Assembly (NCBI GenBank): GCA_024137785.1
Contig: JAHRHZ010000274.1
Span: forward strand, 11,164,210-11,228,209
DNA length: 64,000 nt
Reading direction: 5' to 3'
Origin: Ginglymostoma cirratum
Taxonomy: Eukaryota
Below the pieces are notes generated by a model. That model saw only the letters and a list, made by a program, of their open reading frames with translations. It was not told the DNA's origin and searched no databases. Position numbers and translations under genes: made by a program. This document shows positions 1 through 13,699 of this stretch, piece by piece. Position 1 is the first letter of the stretch. Every line of letters starts with the position of its first letter.

Positions 1-21
1 TTTCTTTCCACAGTATTTCTA

Positions 22-1320
22 TACCATAAGATCGTGAAACATAGGAGCAGAAATAGGCCATTTTTCCAAAAAAAAGTCTACTCTACTATTCAATTACATC
101 ATGGCTAATCTGGTCCGCCTCAATTTCACTTTCCTGCAACTATCCCCATAAATCTTGATTCCTTTACCGATTAAAAACCCATCTATTTCAGCCTTGAATA
201 GACTTATGATTCAGCCTCAACAGCATTCTGATGAAGACTTCCACAAATTCACTAGTCTAAGAAATCCTCTCTCATTTCTGTCTTAAACGGGTGACCCTTT
301 ACTCTGGAATTAAGATCTCTAGTGCTCTCTACATCTCCCTTATCAAGTCTACCGTTCTATCTGGCAAATCTTCACCCAGTCACATAAACTGTCTGTATTC
401 TGGGTGAGCATCATCCTCGCTCATTGCCTTCCTGCCTTTATGGTATACACAAACTTGGCTATAATACATTCACTTCCTCATCCAAGTCATTAATATATAT
501 TGTATATAATTTGGCTCCACAGCTGATCCCCATGGCACTCCATTAGTTACAGACTGCCATCTTCAAAATGCCCCCTTATCCCAATGCTTGGTTTTCTATT
601 CATCAGCCAATTCTTTAGCGATGTTAACGCATTCCCTACAGCAATACATTAGGTCTTACCCTATTAAGTAGGGCAACATGCAGTACTTTATCAAATGGTT
701 TCTGAAAATCCAAATATATAATATCCACTGCTTCCCTTTATCCAACCTGTTACTTCCTCAAAGTCGTCTAACAAATTTATCAGGCATGTTTTCCTAATCA
801 TGATGTTATGATGCTGCTGCTGCTTAGTTATATTATGTTTTTCTAAATGCTCTGCTAAATAATTCCCTTTAATTGAGTATCATTTGTATTTTGCCTCCCT
901 TCTTTTCAGAGTAAAACTGGCAATTTTCTAATCATCCAGAATCTAAGGATTTTGGGAAGATTTTTCCCAGTGCTTCTGTAGCTGCTTCTTTCAAATCCAA
1001 GGATGCAACTCTCAGATCTAAGAAACTTAAGACTTTAGCCCAATTCGTTATTGTATTTACTTCCTCTCCCCCTTTTGCCCCTTTATTATCATTATTTTTA
1101 TAAATGAATAATTGCGTATTCCACTGTGAAAACAGAATCAAAACACTCATTCAACTCCCCTGCCATTTCCTAGGTTCCCATTGTCTCCCCAGCCTCATTC
1201 TCCATGGGGTCTGTGTTCACTCTGGCCTTTGTCCTGTCATATAATTAAAGCTCCTGACGTCCATCTTGACATCATTTGTAAATTTATCCTTAAACTTTAT
1301 GCCAGTTTTCCCATGAGTTC
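22..1320 (-). mobile_element. Decayed CR1-type LINE (3' tail and RT remnants)
   Basis: Typical CR1 3' tail (cataggagcagaaataggcc...), degenerate GVPWGSAV and KFV motifs on the minus strand, many indels. Confidence 0.7.
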
Positions 1321-1789
1321 TCTCACTATCATTTCTCCCCGAGATACATAATCACTGGATATTTCACTAATGTTCCTAACTGAACTTTAAGGTTCTGTCT
1401 TCTTAAACGACAGCATAAAGTTTGAAGACATCTTTCTTGCTGTGAAAGCCTAAACTGCCACAAACTAAACTACTTTTCTGTTGGTATAAAACTGTTCTAC
1501 TTGAAAGAAACCAGATTGTGGCCCCTGGTCTGTTATCCAGTATGTCAGAGATTTTCAACTTTGTAAACCTCATGAATCAACTCCCCAGGTAGTTTATCTA
1601 GTCATTGAACTTCACACATGCTTTCTTGAAAATTATCTTTGAACAGTGTTCATAAAGTTATTTTGAACAGTGAGTTCAAAGAAACAGGTCACCTTCACAG
1701 AACTTAATAAAAATCTATTTACATTTCCTCTCCATGTGAATCCACGTTCCCAAATAACAGTATTCTACGAAAACCTGTACCACAAGCGA

Positions 1790-2050
1790 TATGTGGGCTA
1801 GACCAGATGAAGATAGCAGATTTCCCTCCCTGAAGGGCATTACTCAATCAGCTGCAATTTTTTTTTTCTAAACATCAAAAGTAATGTTGAGGCACCATTG
1901 AGACCAGCTTTCCATTTCAAATTTATTCATTGAATTATTAATTGTTTTTATTATTTAAATTCCACCAGCTTTGTCACGGTATTTGACATACCCCAACAGA
2001 ATGAGTTTGAGCCTCTAGATTACTATCCCAGTGACGTTACCACTATGCTA
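1790..2050 (-). mobile_element. Decayed tRNA-derived SINE (same family as 55990-56315)
   Basis: Shares blocks gcagatttccctccctgaagggcatta and aaattccaccagct...tttga with 56090-56310. Confidence 0.55.
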
Positions 2051-4734
2051 CAGCCTCCAGAGCTAACTGTGCAACCTTGGCTGCCAATATTGCTATATCA
2101 TCATAATTACTACACTTCAGAAGTACTCCATTAGCTGTGAAATCGCAAGTTTCTGAAACTTCTAACGTAGAAGCAATTTTGTTTTCAGAGATCGTAAATT
2201 GCCTAAGGTCAAAATGAACAAATTTCTTCACTGAAATGCTAATGTAATAGATTTTTATGAAATTGTTGATGGGATGTTCATGTCTCTAGTGATTAAGGAC
2301 ATTGCACTGAATTGCAGGGTTCAAGCTTCTCAAAAGCAATTCAGGATGGGCAAAGTAGCCGCACCCACAGTACAAGTAGGAAGAAAGTTTCAGGTTTTGT
2401 ACAAAGTGGCAATGAGAGAACAGTCAAATAGTTTCAGGTTCTAGGGGGAAGGCAACACAGTAATGGTGGCTACAAAATTACCTAATAGTTTTTTTACAGC
2501 TATCTGGTCCACTGATAACCTCTAAACAGTCGAAGGAAATTCAGACTGTATAGGCATAGTAATAAATAGGATCAGAATGTCTGGGCTGCAAATGAGGAAG
2601 CAAGAAGCAACAAAAGTCAAAAGAACCCCATGATGGGTTCATGCCTGTTGCAGGTGAATGCAATCAGGTGAAAGCAATGATAAATCAATGCGTGGGCTCA
2701 TAAGATTTTTACAGAGCATAAGTAGTTCCAGGAAGTGCCTTGAGGGAGCGTATCATTGGATGCCTTGATGGCTTGCATTTTTCATGGAAGAGACAGGAGA
2801 ATTGACCACAAGTACATACTTATCCAGGACCAGCAGAGATTGTGGAATTGACGATGGGCATACAGCATCAAAGGATTTAGCACTGGAATAAATGGGAACA
2901 TTGCAAAAAGCAGCAAAGCACATCATTCAGTAGCATGAAGTAAAATTCACAGCAGAGTTGAAACCAACAGGGACAGATCAGTAATATCACAGGGAACAAA
3001 GGGAGGAGTAATAGGACATTCAACCACTCTAGCCTGTTGTACCATTCACTAAGATCAAGGCTGATCTACTGTCCAATTCCATATATCTGCCTTTGATTCA
3101 TACTACTTGATATATTCACTTCACAAAAACATGTCTACCTCTGATTTAAAATTAACAACTGATCCAGCATCCACTGCAGTTGTGGAAGAAAGCTCTAAAC
3201 ATCTATCACCTTAAGACTCAAGCAACCTTGGAACTAAATGAAAACTGGCAGTATTAAGGTTCTCTGGATACAACAGGCTGAATATCCAGAAGGAACAGGG
3301 TTATTTCCATCCAGCTATATATTTAGTTCATTTTTCTTTTACTTTGATATCAACATTGATATTTATCACATTGTTTTCTCACAAGTTTGTCCATCCATTA
3401 TTTTTGAGCAAATCTAAAAACTTTAGGAGATTACAACGTTTACTTGCAAATCTTTGAAAAGAATAATAAAATTTAATTCTCAGCAAATTAAGGCTCTACA
3501 ACTGCTAGCAAACTGATGACGTTTGTATTAACACATTAAAAATGTGAACAAAACAAAAATATTTTACATGCTAGGCAATGAAGCAACAGCGGAGAATGTT
3601 TAAAAAAATCCCAAGGACAAACAGCACCTGCGCAGAAAACATTCTGGAATGTGAACACTTGTCCAGAATTATCTTAAAATTCTGCACAAAAGCCAAATGC
3701 TTCCCTAACAGCAAGACCAAAGAATGCACAAGGAAGTCAGGGTGATTTTGGAGTCAATTTACGTTAAAGATGTGACCTGCATTTTCAAGTGTACATGCAA
3801 TTCTCAAACTTTACATTAGTCCCCAAACATCACATTCACAACTGAAGTTGATAATTTTCTTTCACTGGCTGAAACCTCCAGCATAAAAATATGTAATGAA
3901 GGTGGTGGTAGTAGAGGTGTGGGAGGTGTTTTCACTAACCCACAATAGTCTTTAATAAAACCTTTTCCTCTACAGTTACAAAAATCACAGTTTGTATATG
4001 GTAGGATCCATGGCCATATAATGGAGTTCACGTTTTATATATTAGTTTTTCTGTAAACTCTTTGAAATTACTAGCATGTCATTTCTGTTTCTGAATACAA
4101 ATCTACCTGAGTAGATAACATTGGAAGTTCAAACTATTTATAGTTACCAGAAAAATACTAACGCATTCAGTGAAAAAAAGAACATAGGTAAGTCAGTAAT
4201 AGTTGAGTATTAATAAAAATAGTAGCATATTATAGTTGTCTCGCCTGCATTGTAAATGCAAAGTTAATCTTGTAGTCATGCAAAACTGATGTAAATAACT
4301 TACAGCATATTTAAAATAGAACCAACTGCATGCCTCAAATCTAGAGACACAAACTTCCTGAAAATTATCCACCGCATGATGTAAGCGCATAGAAGAAAAT
4401 GTTTCACTTACAAAATGTAAACTTCTTATTCAGACCTGTTTAGCAGGATTTCCATGCAATTAAAATCGTTTCTGGCCTTTGTAGAACAAACCTTGGTCAT
4501 GTTTACAGGTACACACAAACACATTACTATCTTAATATATTTGAAGTCCTCTATGTATAGCGACAATTGTTTTGCAGTATTATTCTGCAATGCTTGTGGG
4601 TCACTCTCAACTCTCAAGCATCATTGCATTTGATTAGGTTATTTTTCCCAAATAATCAAGTGTAGCATTGTGGGGGCCCTGAAACATATGCAACCTTTTA
4701 ATAAAAATTGAGAGAACAGAACCTGTTGGTGCTT

Positions 4735-5110
4735 CTCAACATCTCTAAAGCACTTCACATCTAATGAAATAGATTTGAAGTGCTGTCATTACAGTAATGT
4801 GGTAAATTGCTAAATGATGTATTGGAAACTCCTACAAACAGCAATTAAATAACCAAAATAATGTATTTTAGATGTTGACTGAGGACAAACATTAGCCTGG
4901 GTGCCAGTGGAACAACGTTACTACTCTTTGAAACTTACTGTGAGATTCTTTTATACGTCGTGTTAAACGTACATCTGAAAGATGGCAGAAGGAAAATTCC
5001 CTCAGTACTGCACTGAGATGCCAGCAGGTCACGTGTGTTCAACTAACTGGAATATGGTTTGACACCACAATCTTCTCACTCAAGCAGCAAACATGCTACT
5101 ACCGAGCAAA
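4735..5110 (-). mobile_element. DeuSINE/SacSINE1-like SINE remnant
   Basis: ctgaaagatggca...tccctcagtactgcactg Deu-domain-like core; tRNA-like head remnant near 5055-5108. Confidence 0.55.
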
Positions 5111-5399
5111 AGTTAACTATTATTCATTTCAATTGTATCTTCAAGGATCGATTTTCTGCTTTGTCAGTTAAGGATAAAACCTATGCTCTGTTGCATAAAC
5201 GGCTCAATTTTTATTTCCTTTCATTTGAATAGAAAATCTCCCCAAATTGAATACTGGCAAGACCAAAGCCACCATTCATTGACCTCCCAACCATTACAAA
5301 TGATGTTACCTTGGTCACCAGTTACATTACTCTCCCTGAACATGATGTCTGGCTGAAATCAGCTGTACTCTGAATGAGACTAAACTGAAATTTTGATCA

Positions 5400-5770
5400 C
5401 AAACTCTTCATTACAAAAACTGCCCACATCCATCTCTGCCTGTGTCCATCCCTGCATCAGCAGTGCTGAAACCCCCATTCTTGCTTTGGCTACCCGCAGG
5501 CTAAAGCTCTCCTGACCTGGCTCCTTCCTTCCCTCCTGCAAAACTACATCTCATTTCAAACCTGGCTATTCTAACTTTGGTGAGCATAAATATTACTCAA
5601 TCTCTTTACCTTTGATTGGACCTACATTGTCTGCAGATTCCTAATGTCTTCAATTTAAAAATCAGTATGCTGTTCAAATCCTTTCATGACCTCATACCTC
5701 TTGATCTTTGCAGGCTCTTCCAATATAACCCTCCAGGACCTAGGTATTCCTCCAATTATGGTCTCAATGA
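5400..5770 (+). mobile_element. L2-type LINE 3' remnant
   Basis: Degenerate L2 C-terminal motifs (gctgaaacc...; LHxL..FNLKI..LFKSFHDL.P); similar to 53640-54090. Confidence 0.55.
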
Positions 5771-6025
5771 CAGCACCAGCTTATTTTGCCCAGGAAGAGC
5801 CCAGCAAATCAGTGCAAAAGATAAGGCTGAAGTATTTGCAGAAATCTTCAGCCAAAAGTGGCAAGTGGATGATCCATCTCTGCCTCCTTCAGCAGTCCCC
5901 AGTGTCATAGACGTCAGTCTGTCTTCAGCCAATTCAATTCACTCTGCATGACATCAAGAAACAGTTGGAGACACTGCATACTGCTGAGGCTACAGACCCC
6001 GAGAACATTCCAGCAATGGTACTGA

Positions 6026-6595
6026 AGGAGAATGCAGGTGTGTAGGGACTGGACGTCCATGGTAAAAACGAGATGTTGGGGACCGGGGAATTGGAAGTTC
6101 TGGAGGAGGTGGAGGGCGTGGGTGGTGTCACAGACGTAGGTAGGGAGTTCCTGGACAAAGGGGTAGAAAATGGATTAGAGATAAGTTCGGTGGGGCAACT
6201 CATCCCTCACACCCTGTCCCCACCTCCCTAACCTGTTCTTCCACTCACCTATCCCCTCCTCCCACCTCAAGCCCCACTCCCATTTCCTATCTACTAACCT
6301 CATCCCACCCCCTTGACCTGTCTGTCCTCCCTGGACTGACCTATCTCCTCCCTACCCCCCTACCTACACTCACCTTTACTGGCTCCATCCCCGCCTCTTC
6401 GACTTGTCTGCCGCCTCCTCCACCTATCCTCTCCTCTATCCATCCTCTATCCGCCTCCCCCTCTCTCCCTATTTATTTCAGAAACCTCTTCCCCTCCCCC
6501 ATTTCTGATGAAGGGCTTAGGCCCGAAACGTCAAGTTTTCCTGCTCCTATGATGCTGCTTGGCCTGCTGTGTTCATCCAGCCCCATGCTTGTTAT
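6026..6595. mobile_element. Penelope-like element with inverted internal RT fragment (6026-6200, minus) joined to a plus-strand 3' end carrying a hammerhead motif
   Basis: Minus strand encodes PFVQELPTYVCDTTHALHLLQNFQFPGPQHLVFTMDVQSLHTCI (PLE RT motif D-V-x-S-L). The plus part matches 32580-32995 and 45640-46030. Confidence 0.8.
6501..6536 (+). ncRNA. Minimal type I hammerhead ribozyme motif, intact core
   Basis: AUUU-CUGAUGA-A-GGGC(UUAG)GCCC-GAAA-CG-UC-AAGU: conserved core, 4-bp stem II, palindromic ACGU stem III, short stem I. Confidence 0.7.
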
Positions 6596-8710
6596 GTTGG
6601 ACTGAAGGGTCTGTTCCCATGCTGTCCGATTACGTCCAGTGTCCTTTGTCTAACTTACTTGTGACCACTTCAAAGAATTCTAACAGATTTGTAAGGCGTG
6701 ATCTGCCCTTGATGAAGCCATGCTGACTTAGCCCTATTTTACCACGCACTTTAACCACTCCACAACCTCCTCCTTAATAATGGATTCTAAAATCTTACTT
6801 ACAACCGAAGTCAGGTTAACTGTCTTATGGTTTCCTGTCTTCTGCCTCCCTCCTTCTTTAAACAGGAGTGTTATAAAAGCCATTTACCAGTCCTTTGGGA
6901 CTCTCCCTGACTTCAGTGATTCCTGAAAGATCACCACCAATGCCTCTACAATCTCCTCAGCTATCTCTTTCAGAACTTTGGATGTAGTCCATCAGGCCCA
7001 CGGGATTCATCCACCCTCAGGCTTTCAGCTTCCCTATTACTAATTTATCCAACCTCATTTTCCAGGGGTCCTCGATAAGCGATAGCTTTCTCTTTCAAAC
7101 TGTGACATTTAGCGCTGTGTCACACAGAAGACGACAGCCCACCACTTCATCTGTGGCACATTAATCCTCAGGTATGTGGAAATGCATCCCAGAATATTTA
7201 CTAATGTTTATGCTTTTAACAAAATCATGAAATCTTATGCACCATACTGCAAATTAGCCTTTTGTATATTATGAGATCATACACAAGCATTCAGGATTTT
7301 TAAGACTACACGTAATGTTAATCCCTTTACAACAATTTTCCATTATTTGGATTTTTGCAACCTTTAATGGAACCAACACCCATTTTCCTGAACATCTTGA
7401 CAGGCATTTATTTTCTCTTTTTTGGGTGGAGAAAGTTGAAAACAATTCCAGGAAAGAGTGTGTTAGCAGAAATTTGCTCAGATGAGGAGATTATGTCATG
7501 TTAATTATATCCATAATCAAAAATACAGCTTGCTTGCAAAGTACAGACAGTGAATATTAAAACAATCAACTGCATAGTATTTTTCACAGGAAAACCACAA
7601 GCATCGGAAATGAAACTGTGGTTTATTCAAAATGTAACTACATACTTCCTTATTGAACCATAGTTGAAAACCACATATTTAACAGGAGTATTTCAGCAAA
7701 CCTACCACTAAAGTCAATCGATAGGAAAAAAAAAACATGAACAAAATCATCAATTACAGTAGCACATACTGCTCACTGGAAATAAACAGAAAAGACTTCA
7801 TTCACATCTTAAAATTATGCTGCTTATTGGTCATTTTACTTTGTCGCTTACAATATCTATCATACAGAACACTTCCAGGTCACAGGCAACTTACTAATAC
7901 AGTAGTCAATTTTGCCCTGTAAAATTGTTGCACCATTCAATTAAATCATGACTGGCTCGTATTTCTACAATCTTTGTATTACTGGTCATTTTATTCATTA
8001 AATTAAAGTATGTTCTGCACGGAGGTTAACATTTTAGATCACGGGTATAATGAATATTGCATTAATCCACATTTTCTGCTAAGTTTCTCTTTGCAACGCC
8101 GCCCTTGACATTCACCAAGTATCCATTGATCCCAATCATGAAGATTCAAAGTGATTCTCTCTACAGAACGTAGCAGATCACCAACATCTTCCTGCGTGAA
8201 GTATGTTTTCTAATTTAACTTCTAAACACCTCCGCTCCAATTTTATTATCCATTTTTATTCTGGATTCCCCATGAGGAAGAGGCCCCATTATATCTACCC
8301 TATATAACTTTATCATTTTCAAGATCACAATTCGATGCCTTGATTTTGAACTTCAAAACTGATGCGACCTTTTGAGGCCTGATATAATTTCAGTGACTCT
8401 GTTGGAGCTCCAAGACTCTAACATGGTCACAAATTTGTGCAGACATGGATAAGATGTATTACCTCAAATAAAATATAACTTGAACAACCAAAATCAGAAA
8501 TCTTTTAGTCTAACAGAACAGTTCATACGAATCATCAATAGTTAAAATTACTGCTTTCACACCTTTTTATCATGTGTTCCAGATAATAGATTTGGTACAC
8601 AAAGTTGATGGGAGCCTTTAACACACAAAGTTCACTTAAAGTATAGTTGATCATCTGCCAAAGTCTTTGCTCCTATTATGTTCTGTTGTTCTGGCTGCAA
8701 TTTATGTTCT

Positions 8711-8880
8711 GTGCAGATCTCTGAAAGAGAAAACAGAGTTAATGTTTCGGGTCCGATCACCCTTCCTCAGGGCAACTCCAGTTCTGAGGAAGGGTCACCG
8801 GATTCGAAAAGTTAACTGTTTCCTCTTTCACAAATGCTGCCAGACCTGCTGAGCTTTTCCAGCAACTTTATGTTTGTTCC
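8711..8880. mobile_element. Fold-back mini-element with two head-to-head hammerhead motifs (8741-8770 minus; 8779-8818 plus)
   Basis: ...ttaatgtttcgggtccgatcacccttcctcag / cagttctgaggaagggtcaccggattcgaaaagttaactg...; plus copy has 5-bp stem I CAGUU/AACUG. Confidence 0.75.
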
Positions 8881-8889
8881 AAGTTTTGG

Positions 8890-9840
8890 ATTCCTTGGTT
8901 ATTCACCCTATCCACGCCTTTCATGATTTTATAAGCCTCTGTTAAGGTCACCCCTCAGCCTCCAATGCTCCAGGGGAAAGAGAAGTAGTCCCAGCCTATC
9001 CAGCCTCTCCCTATAGCTCAAACCCGCCAATGTCAGCAATATCCTTGTAAACCTTTTCTGAACCCTTTCAAGTCTGAAATCTTTCCTATTGCAGAATTGC
9101 AGAGACCAGAATTGAATACATTATTCTGAAAGTGGCCTCATCAAAGTCCTATATAGCCACAACATGACATCTCGATTCCTGTACTGAATGCACTGACCAA
9201 TGGAGGCAAGCATGCTAAATGCTTTCACACCACCCTGTCCACCTGCAACTCCACTTTCAAGGAAATATGCAATTGCACCCCGAGGCCTCTGTTTGGCTGC
9301 ACTGCCCAGGGCCTTACCATTAACCAAACAAGCCCATTGGCCCATCTGATCAAAATCCTGTTGTACTCAGATAATCTTCTTCACTGCCCAATAACACCAA
9401 TTCTGGTGTCATCTGCAAACTTACTAACCATACTTCCTATATACACATACAAATCATTTATATAAATGACAGAAAACAGCAGATCCAGCACCGATCCTTG
9501 CAGTACACCAGTGGTCACAGTCTGAAAACAATCCTCTACCACCATCCTGTCTCCCACCTTCAAGCAATGACGTTCCACACACAAAGCTATGTTGACTGTC
9601 CCTAATCAATCTTTGCCTTTCCAAATGCATATACATCCTGTCCCTCAGAATCCCCTACAACTTACCCATCACTGATGTCATGCTCACTCATCTATAATTC
9701 CCTGGCTTTTCCTTACAAACTTTCTCAAGCAATGGCACCAGATCAGCAACCCTCCAGTCATCTGACACCTCGTTCGTGGTTGTTGATGATACAAATTTCT
9801 CAGCAAGGGGCCCAGCAACCTCTTTCCTAGCTACCCACAA
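8890..9840 (-). mobile_element. CR1 LINE RT fragment
   Basis: ORF track: VTTGVLQGSVLDLLFSVIYINDL...VSKFADDTRIG; HLERQRLIRDSQHSFV; YRTLMRP. Confidence 0.85.
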
Positions 9841-10109
9841 ATTATAACTAAACTCATTTTTGGATGACCTGTTACAATATCTTCTGACATCAAATGGTGG
9901 TCTATTGAAAGGTGTGTAAGTCAGTCACTGGAGCCAATTCCACTGCATTACAATATACTTCAACTTCATTACCTCGCTGTCTTGCTCTACGCCCCTTTAG
10001 CAAACAGACTTAATAAAACACATTAGCCCAGAATTCACAGCCTTTTGAGGAACAGGATCTACTGCACTGTGGAAATAAATTCCAATTTCACTGCTGAAAG
10101 GGTGAGTCA

Positions 10110-10705
10110 GACCACAAAATATCGGAGCACAATTAGGCCATTTGGCCCATTAAGTCCACACTGTTTTTCGATCATGGCTGATACGTTTCTTAACCCTATT
10201 CTCCTGCTTTCTCCCTGTAATCCCTGATCTCCTCATTAAATCAAGAATCAATCATCGCTATCTTAAAGACACCCAATGACTTGGCAATTGTGGCAATGAA
10301 TTCCATAGATTCACCACCCACTATCTAATGAAATTCTTCAACATTTCAGTTCAAATGGTTCACCAGCTCACTCAGAGGCTGTGCCCTCAGTTCCTTTCCT
10401 ACTCGTGGAAAGATCTTTTCCACGTTCACTCCATCCAGGCCTCCTAGCTTTGTTTCAGTGAGATTCCCCCCCCCCACATCCTTCTAAACTCCAAAAAGTA
10501 CAGACAGAGCTGTCAAAGGGTCCTCAAATGACAAGACCTTCAACTTCAGAATCATTGGAAACCACTTCTGGACATCCTTTAAGGCTAGCGCATCCATCCT
10601 TTCGATACACTACCCAAAACTGCTCACACTATTCCAAATGCAGTCTGGTCAGACCCTTATAAAGCCTCAGCAATACATTTCTTCTTGTATATTCCATAGT
10701 TTAAG
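10110..10705 (-). mobile_element. CR1 LINE 3' fragment
   Basis: Tail ggagcacaattaggccatttggccc...atcatggctgat; RT C-terminal remnant. Confidence 0.75.
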
Positions 10706-11399
10706 ATTGTGCCATCTTGTCAGGAATCCCCTACTGTCAGAGACTCATAGTTCGACAGCATCTAACTCAGAATCTGTATACCTGCCTCAAACAGTTATTC
10801 TTGGTGATTCCATCTGTTTACTATCTTTGCATAGTCCTATCCTCATTCAACATCAAGAATGTATACATACTAAAGCTGTCTACGAGTAATGCAATACCAT
10901 GAAATATAATCTGTATTATCATACACTTTCTACATAACTTGTTCAACTGTGAAATAAGTGATCCTTTATTTTTGGTATTGCTCATTGAATACATTACTGG
11001 TCAACTCCTCAGCTCTACTCCATACGCAAAGTACTTGAACAAGCCATACTGGCTCTCAGTTCAACATCTCAGATTACAATAATTTGCAGAGGTCAGCCAT
11101 CACCCTGGCAAAGATTTCTGTTTATTTTTAAATTAGCGTCCATGCTAAGGGATTAGGAACTGAACATTAAAGTTACTTTTACACAGGCCATAAATAGATG
11201 TCCTATTTTGTCCTGGCACATATTCACTACTTGGTAGATAACAAGTGGTTCTATTTGCTCTTTTTACTGAAACTGCTTTCCTAGATAAATGAATTTGGTC
11301 AACCATCTCTCTGAAGACAACCACAGTTCACCTAAACTGATGAAATCTGGGAATGACTTGACCTTTAATACAAAAAAATGCCCATCCTATGATCATATT

Positions 11400-11600
11400 G
11401 GCACAGAAGGCTGTGGAGGCTAGGTCATTGAGTATATTTAAGACATAGATAGATAGGCTCTCGATTGTTAGGGGGATCAAGGGTTACGGGAAGAAGGCAG
11501 GAGAATGGGGCTGAAGAACTTATCAGCCATGACTGAATGGCAGAGCAGACTCAACGGAATGAGTGGCCTAATTTCTGCTCCTATGTCTTATAGTCTATGT
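11400..11600 (+). mobile_element. CR1 LINE 3' tail
   Basis: cagaaggctgtggaggctaggtcattgag...ggcctaatttctgctcctatgtcttat. Confidence 0.8.
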
Positions 11601-13699
11601 ACAGTTCTTCTGTGATATTGACTTTCAGCAGTATGAGATGGCATGGCTCTTCTATTAGGCCATTCGTTGCTTAAGGTCTTTCTCAAATTTAAGACAATCT
11701 ACCCCAGTGGGTTGGTAAATCTCAATCACTTGATCTACAGACAAGAGTCAGTATTAAATGAATTAATGAAAGTGATTTATTTTTCTCTCTCATGCATCAG
11801 TTGAGATGATTCACGTTGTGTCAATCTTACTGATCAATCTCACTAACCAAAGGTAGAAATTCTGTAAAAACTCATTAGCAAAAATCATTTTCTCCCCTTT
11901 GCTGCAGAAACTCATGTTAAAATATATCCTCATCCTCCAAAACATTCCTGGTGAACCATGAGTCATGTCAAGCAGTTGTGGTATTTTACCCTGTAATTTT
12001 ATTTCCAATTAGAATTTTCTAAACCAAGTTCTTCCTCAACGTGAATGTAAATCATCCGTGACCGATAGGATTTTGAAGCACAAGACACAAGCTGGCCGAG
12101 GTGCAGGAAACATGCAAGCAGTCTTTGAGATGCCTTGTGTTCGAAAATTACATCCTATTGAGGTCAAATTATTTTAATGCTGGCACTTGAAGGTGACAGA
12201 TGAGGAGTAAATCCAGATACGAAAGCTGAAAGTCACATGTAAAGTCAGAGTAGTTGCCACAATAACTTCCAAAATACCTTATTTGACTGAGAAAGCATCA
12301 TAGACATTGCTTCAGCCATTATACAGAGTTGAGGACTTGTATGTAAACTTTCTTCTTGAAGCTCAATTGATTGGGGATATTTGGAAAACCAAGCCCAACA
12401 ACCTGAGCATAATTCAACACTGAACCACAAAGATCATCAGTAGATATTGTTCATCTAGAACAGTCAAACCCTTTCAGCTGATCTACAATGGCAAATAATG
12501 TTGCATTTGTCAGATGCTAGATTAAAATATCCCTAGTTTGAAGTGGACAGTGATTCCAGTTAAGGGTTGTGTTAAATGTTCAAAGTCATCACATGCCAGC
12601 TTTACCATTCCCTTGAAAGTGGAGAGTAACTTCTAACTTTTTTAAAGGACCGAGTGTTTAGGTACATGCTGCATTATTCATATTCTTGATATTTAACTAT
12701 CAGTTGCATCTGTTGAATGATTCAAGTACCCAAAATTGGTATGCATCAGGAACTTATAGATGCAGGAGCAAAAACAGGCCATTCAGCTGATCAAATCTTG
12801 ACCACTATTCAGTTTGTTAATAATTTAGTTAATTTGCTCACTATTACAAGTAACAATTTATCTAACTGTTAATTCTAAAAGAGTGCACGAGAGGTTTATT
12901 TTATTTAACTAGAATTTGTTGAAAGCAGGTTACACTACTTTTCACACTCCTTAACAGACTGCAGTGAAATTACAGTTGATCTGATAATCTGACTCCTTCA
13001 CTGCCTTTTCCCCAGAGCACTCGAGTGTCTCATTGATTCAAAAGAACTGTCTAATTCAGTCTTGAATATACTTATTAACACAGCCTCTGCAGCCACCTAC
13101 AGTCAACAGATTTACTATTGTTGGAACGAAATTCCCCCTAATTTCTAGGTTTAATGGGTGTGACCCCTTACTTGGTCCTCAACTCTCCTACATGGTAAAC
13201 AACCCCTCTGCACCTACCCTGGCAATTATGTTTTGCTAAAGTCACCTCTCATTCTTCCAAACTTCAATGATACAGAACCAACTTACTTCACCTCTCCTCA
13301 AAGTCTCTGCATACCTAGGATCAATCCGTGAACAATCTCAGTGTCTCCAATGCCAGTACATCTTTCTTCACTTAGAACACTGTTCGAAGTATGCTTACCA
13401 TAATCTAACATGTGCCTTGAAAAATTACAGCAAGGCTTCTCTTCTTTTACTCCACTCCCTTGCAACTAAAGCCCAATCTATCATTTGCTTTCCATATTAT
13501 CCATTGTACTTTTACACAGGCGTTTTTTTAAATGTCATGCCTGAGGACCCCAATATTTCTGTGCTGCTTCTCGCTGCAGTCTTTCTCCATTTAAATTCTT
13601 CCTCCCATAGTGTATTTTTCCACATTACATTCCATTTTCCAAGTTTTCGCCCATTTTCTTTAAACTGTTTATATCGGTCTGCAAACTTAGCGTCATCTA

